From an uncultured Chromatiales bacterium (GTDB lineage Bacteria > Pseudomonadota > Gammaproteobacteria > S012-40): 64,000 nt of DNA. The position numbers and the translations under genes are program-made. The stretch spans positions 22,337 through 86,336 of the forward strand of contig CAYUAI010000008.1 of the NCBI GenBank assembly GCA_964442745.1, given 5' to 3'. Positions 1 to 9,228 of this stretch are shown here, piece by piece (position 1 is the first letter of the stretch; each line of letters opens with the position of its first letter). The notes below the pieces were generated by a model that was given only the letters and a program-made list of their open reading frames with translations, was not told where the DNA came from and did no database searches.

Positions 1-25
1 GGCTTATTTATAATTCAAACTTATA

Positions 26-1279
26 TTACGTGTTTTGATTCGGCTGATCCATTTGTTTAAACAATCGAAAAGCCATCAATGCCAGCAATAAAACACCCGC
101 CATCAGTACCGACCACAGGACGTATTTTTTCCAGTCTGTTTCAGGGCGAGGTGGCAACAGACGCGATTGATCTCCAAAATCGATGGCTGCACCGAGTTTT
201 GCTGATTTTATCAGGTTGCCTTTTTGTATCATCGAACTCTCGCTCAATAACTGGCCTAACGACGCCGTTACCGGCCCAACCCGTGCGCTTCCATAGGTCA
301 AGGTAAAGGGTGGCTCACCACTCGCTACAAATAAAAGTTGTTCTGGAATCCAACCTAAACGTAACTTCGGTAATCCCCTAAAACCACCATCACTGTTGAG
401 TATTTTCACTCGCCAGTACCGATGTGAATTAATCGCCTGATGTATGACAGAATTAGACAATCGCGCATTATCAATATTCAGGTCATACAATAAACCATTG
501 TAACGACGATACCAGGGACCAACTGAACTTGACGCCGACTCAATCAATACATTGACCAAGGTATTTTTCGACGGTAAATCGATATTCAGGCGATCAGCGG
601 GCAGCACTGATTTTGTTTCAAAAAAATACGTCAAATTAGCCTGGTCAATATCAACCGGCATAAATTCTGACCAGTGCCTTGATTGAGTCTGATTTTTAAA
701 TTTCATGTGGCTGATAGTGGATGATGGTTTTAGCAAACGCCACCCATTAAGATCATCACTGCCCTCAAGTACAACATTGAGAATAAAATTTGCATCAGCT
801 GATTCCCATTCAATCTCGAAATGATCTGGTGCCTCGGTTAATGCGCTGGCATCAATGATATAGGCGTAAAGGTATTGACCTTTTTTCTCGGCTTTTCCAT
901 CGTTCAGGTCAATGATTGCCCCCTGATCATTTGTGGTAATGCGAATATGACTGCTCGCCGCCTCTACTTTATCTTTTTTATACCATGGAAAGAACGGCAA
1001 TTTAATTGTCGGCGCGGCCTTTTTAGTCATTCGTTCCGTCTGACGAATGACATGAGGAGCAATATCCCCGACACGACTAAAAATACGCAGGTCACCCCGG
1101 TCTTCTCGTGTCATTCCCTGGTATATTTTTTCATTCAGATACAATGAATAAACAGCACTATCACCATCAACCTTAATGCTATATCCATAGGCAAACTTAT
1201 CTTTTGATACTTGAGTTTCTTCCCGTGCAAAACCTGTTGTTGCCACAACAAAAGCAAGCCATGTAATTATTGTCTTCAT
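26..1279 (-). CDS. DUF3999-family secreted protein, partner of the downstream DUF2339 membrane protein
   Basis: 417-aa ORF with an N-terminal signal peptide (MKTIITWLAFVVATTGFA). It overlaps the DUF2339 ORF by 4 bp, which is the usual DUF2339-DUF3999 operon arrangement. Family assignment is from recall of the architecture, not from a search. Confidence 0.5.
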   Translation of the reverse strand: MKTIITWLAFVVATTGFAREETQVSKDKFAYGYSIKVDGDSAVYSLYLNEKIYQGMTREDRGDLRIFSRVGDIAPHVIRQTERMTKKAAPTIKLPFFPWYKKDKVEAASSHIRITTNDQGAIIDLNDGKAEKKGQYLYAYIIDASALTEAPDHFEIEWESADANFILNVVLEGSDDLNGWRLLKPSSTISHMKFKNQTQSRHWSEFMPVDIDQANLTYFFETKSVLPADRLNIDLPSKNTLVNVLIESASSSVGPWYRRYNGLLYDLNIDNARLSNSVIHQAINSHRYWRVKILNSDGGFRGLPKLRLGWIPEQLLFVASGEPPFTLTYGSARVGPVTASLGQLLSESSMIQKGNLIKSAKLGAAIDFGDQSRLLPPRPETDWKKYVLWSVLMAGVLLLALMAFRLFKQMDQPNQNT

Positions 1280-3582
1280 GCCTGCTCTCCTTCTTTTTGT
1301 GGCGGTAGCGGCGATAAATAATACCCAAACACCACCGCCAGTATACCAACGACGGTTATCGAAATGGCCATCGCCAATGCCCCGGCATTTGCAATATCAA
1401 TCAAAAATAATTTTACCGCAACAACAATAAATAATCCAAGCCCAATAAACCAAAAATGGCGACTAAGACGTCGAGATGCATAGGTCATAATCGTGAGCGC
1501 CAACAAAGTCCATAAAACAGAGATGGCCCCCTGAAAAAGATCGGATGATAACAGACTATCCAGCGTGTGACGAACATCAAACCAGTGATGTATTGTTCTT
1601 GCCAACATCCCATTTAACCAGGAAAAACCTAAGGCGGCCAAAACATAATAAAACTGTTTTGTGGTGATCATATTTGCAATACGGCTTTCCGTTTCAGCTA
1701 ACGCAGTGCGCCATACAATTAATAAGTAAAGTAAAAAAAACACGATAAGATCAACCGGGTTCATCACGGGTATATAGCTCACTGGCCAAGCATTACCTTC
1801 ATGCAATACCGAAAAACCGGCAGCGACTAGCGTCAAACCAAACATCACCGGAGTGGCGGCATGACTTATATACCATAAATAATGTTCTTTAAATGGCCAG
1901 TTTATCTTTCTGCCCACCGTAAGCAAAGCAAACATTATCAAGGCTGGAACCAGAACAGACATACCGTCGCGCCAGGCATGACCGCCGCTAACCAGCTTAT
2001 CGATCGAATAAGCCCCTTCCCATGTGAACAAAATAATCACCAACCAAAAAGTCATGATATGTTGCCACTGTAATAAGGGTTGAGGGACTTCATCGCGATA
2101 ACGATATAAATACCAGTATTGCAAGGTTAATGTGACTAACCAAACAATACTGCCAAAATCTTCAAAGGGATGATTCAGCCCGAAAATCACGCCCACCAAC
2201 AACATTAAAAACATGACATAAAGATTCGCTAACACCGGAAAGCGCATCATTTTCCATTTAATCCAGAATTGAGTTGCACAACATAAATACAGACTCAGAG
2301 TAATAAAGGCAAACCAGCTATTAACCAGATAAACAGAACGAACACTGGACTCGACTTCGATTAAGCCCATGACAAACCACCATACCAAACCCCATATAAA
2401 TAAAATAATAGACACGGGTTTTTCATACGAACGAATTTTGTCGATATTTTTGTATAAATAGTAACTCACAAACAGGGCAGAGAGACTGATGGTCACACCA
2501 CCAAGATAAAAACCATTGATCATAGGAATCGAAGTTTTCGGCTGATGCAAGTGATTCAGGAAAAAGTAACCTGCACCAAATTGTAATAACACGCCAAATA
2601 AACGTGGCAAAATTCTATGTTGACGAATACCCACCCAGACCAGAGCCGCCCCTTCAAGAGCCCAAGCCGCCGATGACCAACGGCCATCCAATGCAAGTGG
2701 AATCGCTAATGAAGCAAACACGACACCTAAAGCCAAAAATGATTCGGTTAACAAACGCATTCCGGTTGGACCACGCCGCCACAGGACTGAGGCTAAAACA
2801 ATATAAAAACCCCCCATTGCCAGTGCGCTAAAGGCAACCGACATACCGGTTTGAAAGGTATCAAACACGATCGCCGCCTGATAGCCAAAACTAATGATGG
2901 GCACGCCAAATACCAGCGTACCGTCGATGTAACCTTTCAGGTTGGGCGGTTGGCGGAATGCGTATAGAATGGCAATGCTCGTATACATCAGAAAATAAAG
3001 GATTAAAAAAGGTTCCGTGCTATAAAAATCAGCCGACGTGTAGCGGCTTTCACCCCATATGCCAGCGATGCCAAAGGTAAAAACAAACCCGATCAGATTT
3101 AATTCACGCCAGCTTTTATACCAGGCGATCGACAGGATACCAACATTCAACAACGTATAGTAACTGAATAAAACAACGGGGTTACCTTCGCCGGTGGACA
3201 ACAATACTGGGGCTAGAAAACCACCGATGACGCCAAAGAAGGCCAGTGACTTTGCATTCTGTAAGATAGCCAGGATAGTCGAGAACACAACCAGACCGAT
3301 CATAACGATGAATGCCATTGTGATCGGTACCATGCTAAAGAATTTGGTCGCACCGAATACGGTGAGATACATGACACCAATACCACCGCCTTGTAAGACC
3401 AACGCATATAAACGTTTGGAGTCACGAAAACGCCAACCAAAAATAACCAGCGCAAGTCCCAGCAGTCCAGCGCCGGTAAATCGAATGAGCATTGAGACGG
3501 TAAAGAGTTCTTCGTCGTAGGCGTATTTTAGCAAAAAGCCAACGCCAATAATTAAAAACAGCATGCCGACTTTAACCACCAC
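1276..3582 (-). CDS. DUF2339-family polytopic membrane protein (major C-terminal part; frame stays open upstream to a stop at 3757-3759)
   Basis: 768-aa ORF that is almost entirely hydrophobic helices (more than 20 predicted TM segments). The same frame read upstream of the annotated GTG gives a Pro-rich linker (…QPAPTHQQATARPVPQSVRPLPPSAPPRFEEN…), which is typical of DUF2339 N-terminal regions. Confidence 0.6.
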   Translation of the reverse strand: MVVKVGMLFLIIGVGFLLKYAYDEELFTVSMLIRFTGAGLLGLALVIFGWRFRDSKRLYALVLQGGGIGVMYLTVFGATKFFSMVPITMAFIVMIGLVVFSTILAILQNAKSLAFFGVIGGFLAPVLLSTGEGNPVVLFSYYTLLNVGILSIAWYKSWRELNLIGFVFTFGIAGIWGESRYTSADFYSTEPFLILYFLMYTSIAILYAFRQPPNLKGYIDGTLVFGVPIISFGYQAAIVFDTFQTGMSVAFSALAMGGFYIVLASVLWRRGPTGMRLLTESFLALGVVFASLAIPLALDGRWSSAAWALEGAALVWVGIRQHRILPRLFGVLLQFGAGYFFLNHLHQPKTSIPMINGFYLGGVTISLSALFVSYYLYKNIDKIRSYEKPVSIILFIWGLVWWFVMGLIEVESSVRSVYLVNSWFAFITLSLYLCCATQFWIKWKMMRFPVLANLYVMFLMLLVGVIFGLNHPFEDFGSIVWLVTLTLQYWYLYRYRDEVPQPLLQWQHIMTFWLVIILFTWEGAYSIDKLVSGGHAWRDGMSVLVPALIMFALLTVGRKINWPFKEHYLWYISHAATPVMFGLTLVAAGFSVLHEGNAWPVSYIPVMNPVDLIVFFLLYLLIVWRTALAETESRIANMITTKQFYYVLAALGFSWLNGMLARTIHHWFDVRHTLDSLLSSDLFQGAISVLWTLLALTIMTYASRRLSRHFWFIGLGLFIVVAVKLFLIDIANAGALAMAISITVVGILAVVFGYYLSPLPPQKEGEQA

Positions 3583-4043
3583 GTTGCCATCGGTAAAAAA
3601 TTTATGGAGATAGGCCTTTGCTTTATCAATAACATTTTCTTCGAATCTTGGTGGTGCTGACGGTGGTAGCGGGCGAACCGATTGTGGTACAGGTCGAGCG
3701 GTAGCTTGCTGATGAGTTGGTGCCGGTTGTTTAACCTCCGTGGCGATGTTACCGGTTCAACGTTAACAGGTTCAGCTGGCTCTGGAACATCAGTTGGAGT
3801 TATTGCTGCCACCCAATCGACAGGTGATTCAGCACCTTTTTCCCAACGTTCGTCTTTTAAGGTGAATACGAGACGTTCTAGTTTTTGTAACTGCTGTCCC
3901 AGATCTTTAACTTTTCCTGAAAGCGTAATAATCGCACCTAAACCATACCCTATCAGACCGCCAAAAATAAATCCCAAAGCACCCGCCATAAAGCCGCCTA
4001 AAAGGCCCACTACAATGGCCAACACTGTCCCAATAGTTGTCAT
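3552..4043 (-). pseudogene. N-terminal fragment of the DUF2339 gene (TM helix + coiled coil + Pro/Glu-rich linker), separated from the body by an apparent frameshift near 3740-3775
   Basis: ORF starts MTTIGTVLAIVVGLLGG…(Gly-rich TM)…LGQQLQKLERLVFTLKDE…ITPTDVPEPAEPVNVEPVT and then turns into low-complexity nonsense. The out-of-frame continuation matches the upstream Pro-rich extension of the 1276..3582 ORF. Together they rebuild the canonical DUF2339 architecture. Confidence 0.5.
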
Positions 4044-4257
4044 ATCCCATCCCTCTAATTAACCATCATTTTTTTCTTTCTTTAAAAAAAATTTTAAATT
4101 CAAATATGTTGTTAGCCAACTTTCCCCCCGGCCAATGCAGGTGACGTTTTAAAATAAAATCATACAACATGGGATTATAAGAAACAGTCTCTTCAAAAAG
4201 AGCCTTCAATTCATTGCTGACTGACTACAGCAGTTGCTATTTTCCACGGCGTTTCAG

Positions 4258-4443
4258 TCATTTTATTTCCAGCTCGCGTTTACTGGCGATGCTGCGTGGA
4301 TGACTACCTCCCTGATAAACCAGAATCCGGGGCTTGCATCCACAAAAATATTTTGCGCCTTGCAAATTGTTATGTTGCAACAGACGCCGCTCCATGTCAT
4401 TGGTAATGCCGGTGTACAAGCTATCATCCGTGCACAGAATCAA
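4258..4443 (-). CDS. GIY-YIG nuclease-superfamily protein (UPF0213/YhbQ-like)
   Basis: …LILCTDDSLYTGITNDMERRLLQHNNLQGAKY… matches the YhbQ core [31 protein letters not shown]. Only a TTG start is available and the N-terminal GIY element is weak, so the gene may be 5'-truncated. Confidence 0.55.
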   Translation of the reverse strand: MILCTDDSLYTGITNDMERRLLQHNNLQGAKYFCGCKPRILVYQGGSHPRSIASKRELEIK

Positions 4444-4842
4444 ATGCTGATGAAAGTGTATATGGTAATTTTCAGGAACAACTGTCTCGTATACTAAATA
4501 AAGAATAGCTGATTATTTTAACGTGGGTTATTGCGGCCTCAAATATAGAATCTGGAATAGATATCGGTGTTCGATTTGGGAGAACACCTTTGACTTTGAA
4601 GTCGATGATATGATTAACAGTACACTATCACACTTTAAGTGTATATGGCGCTAACTTAACAGGTTTGGCTGATTGTCCAGCTAACGAACTCTTTGATTCA
4701 CATGTCAAGGTATCGTCTTTTGATGAAGAAGAGGATGATATCAAGACGTTGGGGAAGATTTCAGCTATTAAGTACATGCCGGAGAAAACGGTTAAAAGGG
4801 TGTGCGGCGGAGCAAAGTCGATTGTTCCAACACCATCGGTTA

Positions 4843-5949
4843 TTAGTCTGTTTTAAGTTGGTCTGTGGCAGCTGTGGTTAGTCCATCGTCAATCCAGCGA
4901 TCGACAACTGCTTTATAAGCGGTTATGAATTCACTGCGCCCGGAAAGTTTGGGGTCGATTAAAAACCCATACCCCGTATTTAATGCCGCACTCATCTCTT
5001 GAGCCGTTAGCTCCGCGCAAAAAACACGAATAAAGTCCGTTAAATCGACAATGGCTAAATCAAAATTAGCGGCGGCGATAAAATCAAGCAGATGCTTAGG
5101 CGTAGACAGTTCTGGGTCACTACGAATACCTGAAGCAATTAACGTATATTTATCTAAGTGTCCACGGTTCATTTTCTCTCTAAGATCAGGGATTCTATTT
5201 TTCCAATCATCCCGCACAGTCACTTCATAGGCGTGGGTTAATCGACCATCCAGAAACTCTTCAATATCACCACAAGTATTATCGAACTTATCAGACGCAT
5301 GTGGATGATGCGTCATAATTTCCGCCGCTATTTTTTTTCGATGATGGAATAAAATGGCCGCCACTAAAAATTGCTGTACATGCCCCTCGGATGGAATCGC
5401 AGACAACTCCATAAACAACCCAACGGCTTTAGCATAGGTTAAATAATTCGCGGGCAATGCAGGCAATGCGGGCGGCACCCGGCGAGTTTGTGCAATAAAT
5501 AAACATAAATCATCCAGCAATTGCTTCCTTTGCTGCCGGTTTTTATCACGTATCCAAGCAATAAACTCACTAAAGCGAGGATCTTTCGACAAATCAAAAT
5601 TTCGGACATTACCCTTCCATCCCAAGTTTTCACCAAAGGCAGTAATATTCTTATGAAAAGTCACATGCCGCTGGGTCAATGCAGAGGCTAAGCGTTTATC
5701 GCCATATTTTCCTCGAACGCCAATGGGAATCGCCGTAAAATTCCATGTTTCATCCACCAATGAATAGCCCAGCAAAAAAAACGAGGCTAACCTAACACTA
5801 CCGCCATGTCCGGCAAAACGCTGCTGTATCTGCTCGCTTTGCTTAACAGGCAATTGATGGGCCGCTTCATTATTAATGCATCGATCCACTTCCGCCAATA
5901 ACCTATCGACGGCTTGCTCCACCTGCTGGTTTCGGCTAGCTTTTGCCAT
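4843..5949 (-). CDS. Putative type II restriction endonuclease (368-aa partner of the adjacent C5-MTase); family not recognised
   Basis: Co-directional ORF directly downstream of the m5C methyltransferase, overlapping it by 14 bp if the start is Met23 (MAKASRNQQ…). No recognisable housekeeping-enzyme motifs. Confidence 0.4.
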   Translation of the reverse strand: MAKASRNQQVEQAVDRLLAEVDRCINNEAAHQLPVKQSEQIQQRFAGHGGSVRLASFFLLGYSLVDETWNFTAIPIGVRGKYGDKRLASALTQRHVTFHKNITAFGENLGWKGNVRNFDLSKDPRFSEFIAWIRDKNRQQRKQLLDDLCLFIAQTRRVPPALPALPANYLTYAKAVGLFMELSAIPSEGHVQQFLVAAILFHHRKKIAAEIMTHHPHASDKFDNTCGDIEEFLDGRLTHAYEVTVRDDWKNRIPDLREKMNRGHLDKYTLIASGIRSDPELSTPKHLLDFIAAANFDLAIVDLTDFIRVFCAELTAQEMSAALNTGYGFLIDPKLSGRSEFITAYKAVVDRWIDDGLTTAATDQLKTD

Positions 5950-6991
5950 CACTCTGCCCTGCCATAAAAGAGTGGTCCACATCCAACAACTTATGGGCCT
6001 GTGGCTGATCATCAAGCTGTATCATTAGCGCTTCCCCAAGGCGCTGCGCAAGCAACGGAGGAACGGCGTCACCCACTTGTGTATACCTGGACGAACGACT
6101 TCCAAAAAATGCCATGTGGTTAGGAAATGTCTGGATGATCGCACACTCTTCCACCGATAATCGACGTGCGCCAGGCACGATACCTGTCCTCGCTTTGCCT
6201 CCTTGTTTTAAGTGTGCATGATACTTAGGCGCAATATTCTGGGTATCCACCCAATGCGTCTTATATCCCCCTGAGGACGCTAGTATGGTATGGCATGGCC
6301 CATGAGGATCAATCGGCCTACCGCCTCCGTTGTATATGAGACCGGCATAAGGACTTTTTCTCAAATCCGGGTTTTGGGCAAATTTCACTGGGGAATTAGG
6401 AGGGTCGCCAATCGGCACATTGGACAAGTAGTCAGAAGATTTAGGATGCGCGACATCCGTCAGTTCACCATGACTAGGAAATGGAAATAACAAAAACTTG
6501 GATTGACTGCCCAGAATGAACAAGCGACGCCGTTTTTGCGGTACACCATAATCAGCCGAATGCAATACCATCCAATTGAGCTTATAGCCTAGCTCACTTA
6601 GCCGAAAAAGAATGGAATCAAAATAAGGCCGTGCTTTTTTCATTATTAAACCCGGCACATTTTCCATGACAAAAGCTTCGGGTTTTACTTCGTGTAAACA
6701 TCGGATAAACTCAGGAATCATATCTCTTGCATCATGCTGGCCTTTGCGCAGACCACCGAGTGAAAATGGCTGACAAGGCGGTCCGCCGATAACCATATCA
6801 ACTTTGTTACGATAATTTTTAAAGCTGACACAACGAATATCTCTATTGATGTGCATACAATGAGCATGGTGGCTCGCATAACTCGTCATCGAGTCTTGAC
6901 TCACGTCAACGCATAGCTCAGGGACAATGCCCGCTAATTTCATACCCAGCGACAAGCCACCTGGACCACTGAACAAATCGATAGCCTTCAT
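5936..6991 (-). CDS. DNA (cytosine-5)-methyltransferase
   Basis: Canonical m5C-MTase motifs: motif I DLFSGPGG, motif IV GGPPCQPFS, motif VI ENVPGL, followed by a variable target-recognition region. Confidence 0.85.
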   Translation of the reverse strand: MKAIDLFSGPGGLSLGMKLAGIVPELCVDVSQDSMTSYASHHAHCMHINRDIRCVSFKNYRNKVDMVIGGPPCQPFSLGGLRKGQHDARDMIPEFIRCLHEVKPEAFVMENVPGLIMKKARPYFDSILFRLSELGYKLNWMVLHSADYGVPQKRRRLFILGSQSKFLLFPFPSHGELTDVAHPKSSDYLSNVPIGDPPNSPVKFAQNPDLRKSPYAGLIYNGGGRPIDPHGPCHTILASSGGYKTHWVDTQNIAPKYHAHLKQGGKARTGIVPGARRLSVEECAIIQTFPNHMAFFGSRSSRYTQVGDAVPPLLAQRLGEALMIQLDDQPQAHKLLDVDHSFMAGQSDGKS

Positions 6992-7031
6992 ACTTCGCTT
7001 TATTTACCGTGTGGTCAACCCAGGAAAATAC

Positions 7032-8123
7032 TTACTCACAATCAAACGCACTCTCGTAATTTTTTCCTAAAATATCACTCAACGCCTGCAACAGTGCAGC
7101 GCAATGCGGATTAGTACCCACCGTAATACGTAAAAACGACTTGATGCGTGACTGATGGAAATGACGCACAATAATGGCCCGTTGGCGCAGTTGCAGAGCA
7201 AGCGACTCAGCCTCCTCATGTTTATGACGAGCAAAAACAAAATTGGCCATGGAAGGCAAAACCTCAAAACCTAATTGCAGCAACCCGGCCACTAAGCTTT
7301 CTCGGCTCTGGATAATACGCTGTCGATTTTTTTCAAAAAAGGCCTGATCTTGCAGTGCAGCCACCGCCCCAACAATAGATAAACGACCTAAAGGATAAGA
7401 ATTAAAACTATTTTTAACCCGCTCCAATGCTTCAATAAGTGCCGCCTCACCGATGGCAAAACCCACCCGCAATCCAGCCAATGAGCGGGATTTAGAAAAC
7501 GTTTGAATCACCAGCAAATTTGGATATTGATTTACCAGAGCAATCGCCGATTCTCCACCAAAATCAATATAGGCCTCATCCACCACCACCACCGATTGCG
7601 TGTTACGCTCTAACAATGCTGAAATATTCGCCAACGTTAATAAACGACCAGTGGGGGCATTAGGATTAGCAAAAATAATTCCACCGTTAGCAACACCATA
7701 ATGATCTAACGCGATTTCGAATGTATTTGTGAGCGCCACCGTATTATATTGCACATCATATAATCGGCAGTATACCGGATAAAAACTGTAGCTAATATCA
7801 GGAAACAACAGCGGCTGTGGGTGTTTTAATAATGCCTGAAAGGTATGTGCCAATACCTCATCGGAACCATTGCCCACAAACACCTGTTTGGTCGCCACCC
7901 GATAATAATTGGCGATAGCATCTTTCAAAAGATCAGCGTTGGGATCAGGATACAAACGCAATGTATCACCCATGGTTTCTGCCTTTAAAGCCGCTAACAC
8001 GGCTGGTGAAATCCCATAAGGATTTTCATTGGTATTTAGCTTGATCAGATTAGCCAATTTAGGCTGCTCACCCGGCACATAAGGGGTGAGATCATGAACA
8101 ACAGAACTCCAAAAATGACTCAT
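7032..8123 (-). CDS. hisC: Histidinol-phosphate aminotransferase
   Basis: N-terminal LNTNENPYG signature and the class II aminotransferase fold. Size is right at 363 aa. Confidence 0.85.
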   Translation of the reverse strand: MSHFWSSVVHDLTPYVPGEQPKLANLIKLNTNENPYGISPAVLAALKAETMGDTLRLYPDPNADLLKDAIANYYRVATKQVFVGNGSDEVLAHTFQALLKHPQPLLFPDISYSFYPVYCRLYDVQYNTVALTNTFEIALDHYGVANGGIIFANPNAPTGRLLTLANISALLERNTQSVVVVDEAYIDFGGESAIALVNQYPNLLVIQTFSKSRSLAGLRVGFAIGEAALIEALERVKNSFNSYPLGRLSIVGAVAALQDQAFFEKNRQRIIQSRESLVAGLLQLGFEVLPSMANFVFARHKHEEAESLALQLRQRAIIVRHFHQSRIKSFLRITVGTNPHCAALLQALSDILGKNYESAFDCE

Positions 8124-9228
8124 AATATATTTCCAATGACATCCACCGGTTGACCACTACGCTAAATCTTGCGCTGTTGATGGTTTTGATTTACCCTTTC
8201 CTAAGCAACCTATTCAGTCGTATTGCTTGATAGTCAACCTTACGCCGCTCATCTCAAATCCTCCTTCCAGCGACTTTGAAATCATTATAAACGCTGAGGC
8301 TGAGCGATATCAGTTTGTAAAGAATTTTTCAGTTTTGATGCGAGCTTTCTCTGTAACATAGGTGGTATAACATCAAGTCCTTCCCACAGCAACACCTGAC
8401 ATCAGCGACAATGGCCACGTTACCGGAGTCTTTGGAGCGAACAAAAAATACCCAGAAAAGCATAAAACTCACACAATAGATCAGTATATATAACACATTG
8501 ACTGGCACACCTAGAAGTGTAAAATAATTATGATAAAAAACAATAGCGCCCCATAATACACAGAAACACTGAGGCGACTAAACTTTAATAAATATAACAA
8601 TAATTTTACCACTGTTATTCCGGGAAAACACCACCCTCCAACCAATCTTTTGACAATAATTACCAACTAAAAAAATAAACACCCATTAAAGATTTGAGCA
8701 ATCGCCATGATTCATCGTGCACACGCTTGACTCATGCAATTTCGCGACAAACGACGAAATAACTTGGACATATGATACTCAATATATTGGTAATTTCCAC
8801 CCTAGAATAAGACACCAAAAATCTAATACTAGACGACTGCAACCTCAAACAAATTAACATAAGGCGATAACACTCATAGACTAAAAAAATTTACTTTTAT
8901 AAAAATCACAAAACAACTTGATGTAAAATATACGCGTTGCAAATATTTTTCGACATAAAAATGTGCTTTACCCCATTTATGCTCAGTACGATCATAAAGT
9001 GAAATTTTTCACGCCAAAATTTAGATTAGATTTGGCCGTGCTAAGTATAACAACTGCATGGAGGCAGGCGTCAAATAATACAAGAACCGATTGAGTCAAG
9101 GAACGATTTAATTACCCATGTGGACGACACAACATCGTTAAATGATTTGTCGCGAATATACCTACATATTACTCGCTGTTTAAACTTGATCACATTAATA
9201 TATTGGTATTCGATGAGGTGGGGCCAAC

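Noticed and set aside
4665-4881. Two overlapping small plus-strand ORFs (63 and 62 aa) in the GIY-YIG/R-M intergenic region
   Set aside because: No RBS, no recognisable motifs, and they overlap each other in different frames. Treated as non-coding promoter or terminator space for the R-M operon.
8124-9228. CRISPR array or other tandem-repeat structure in the long AT-rich spacer
   Set aside because: No regularly spaced direct repeats are visible, only A/T homopolymer runs and low-complexity sequence.
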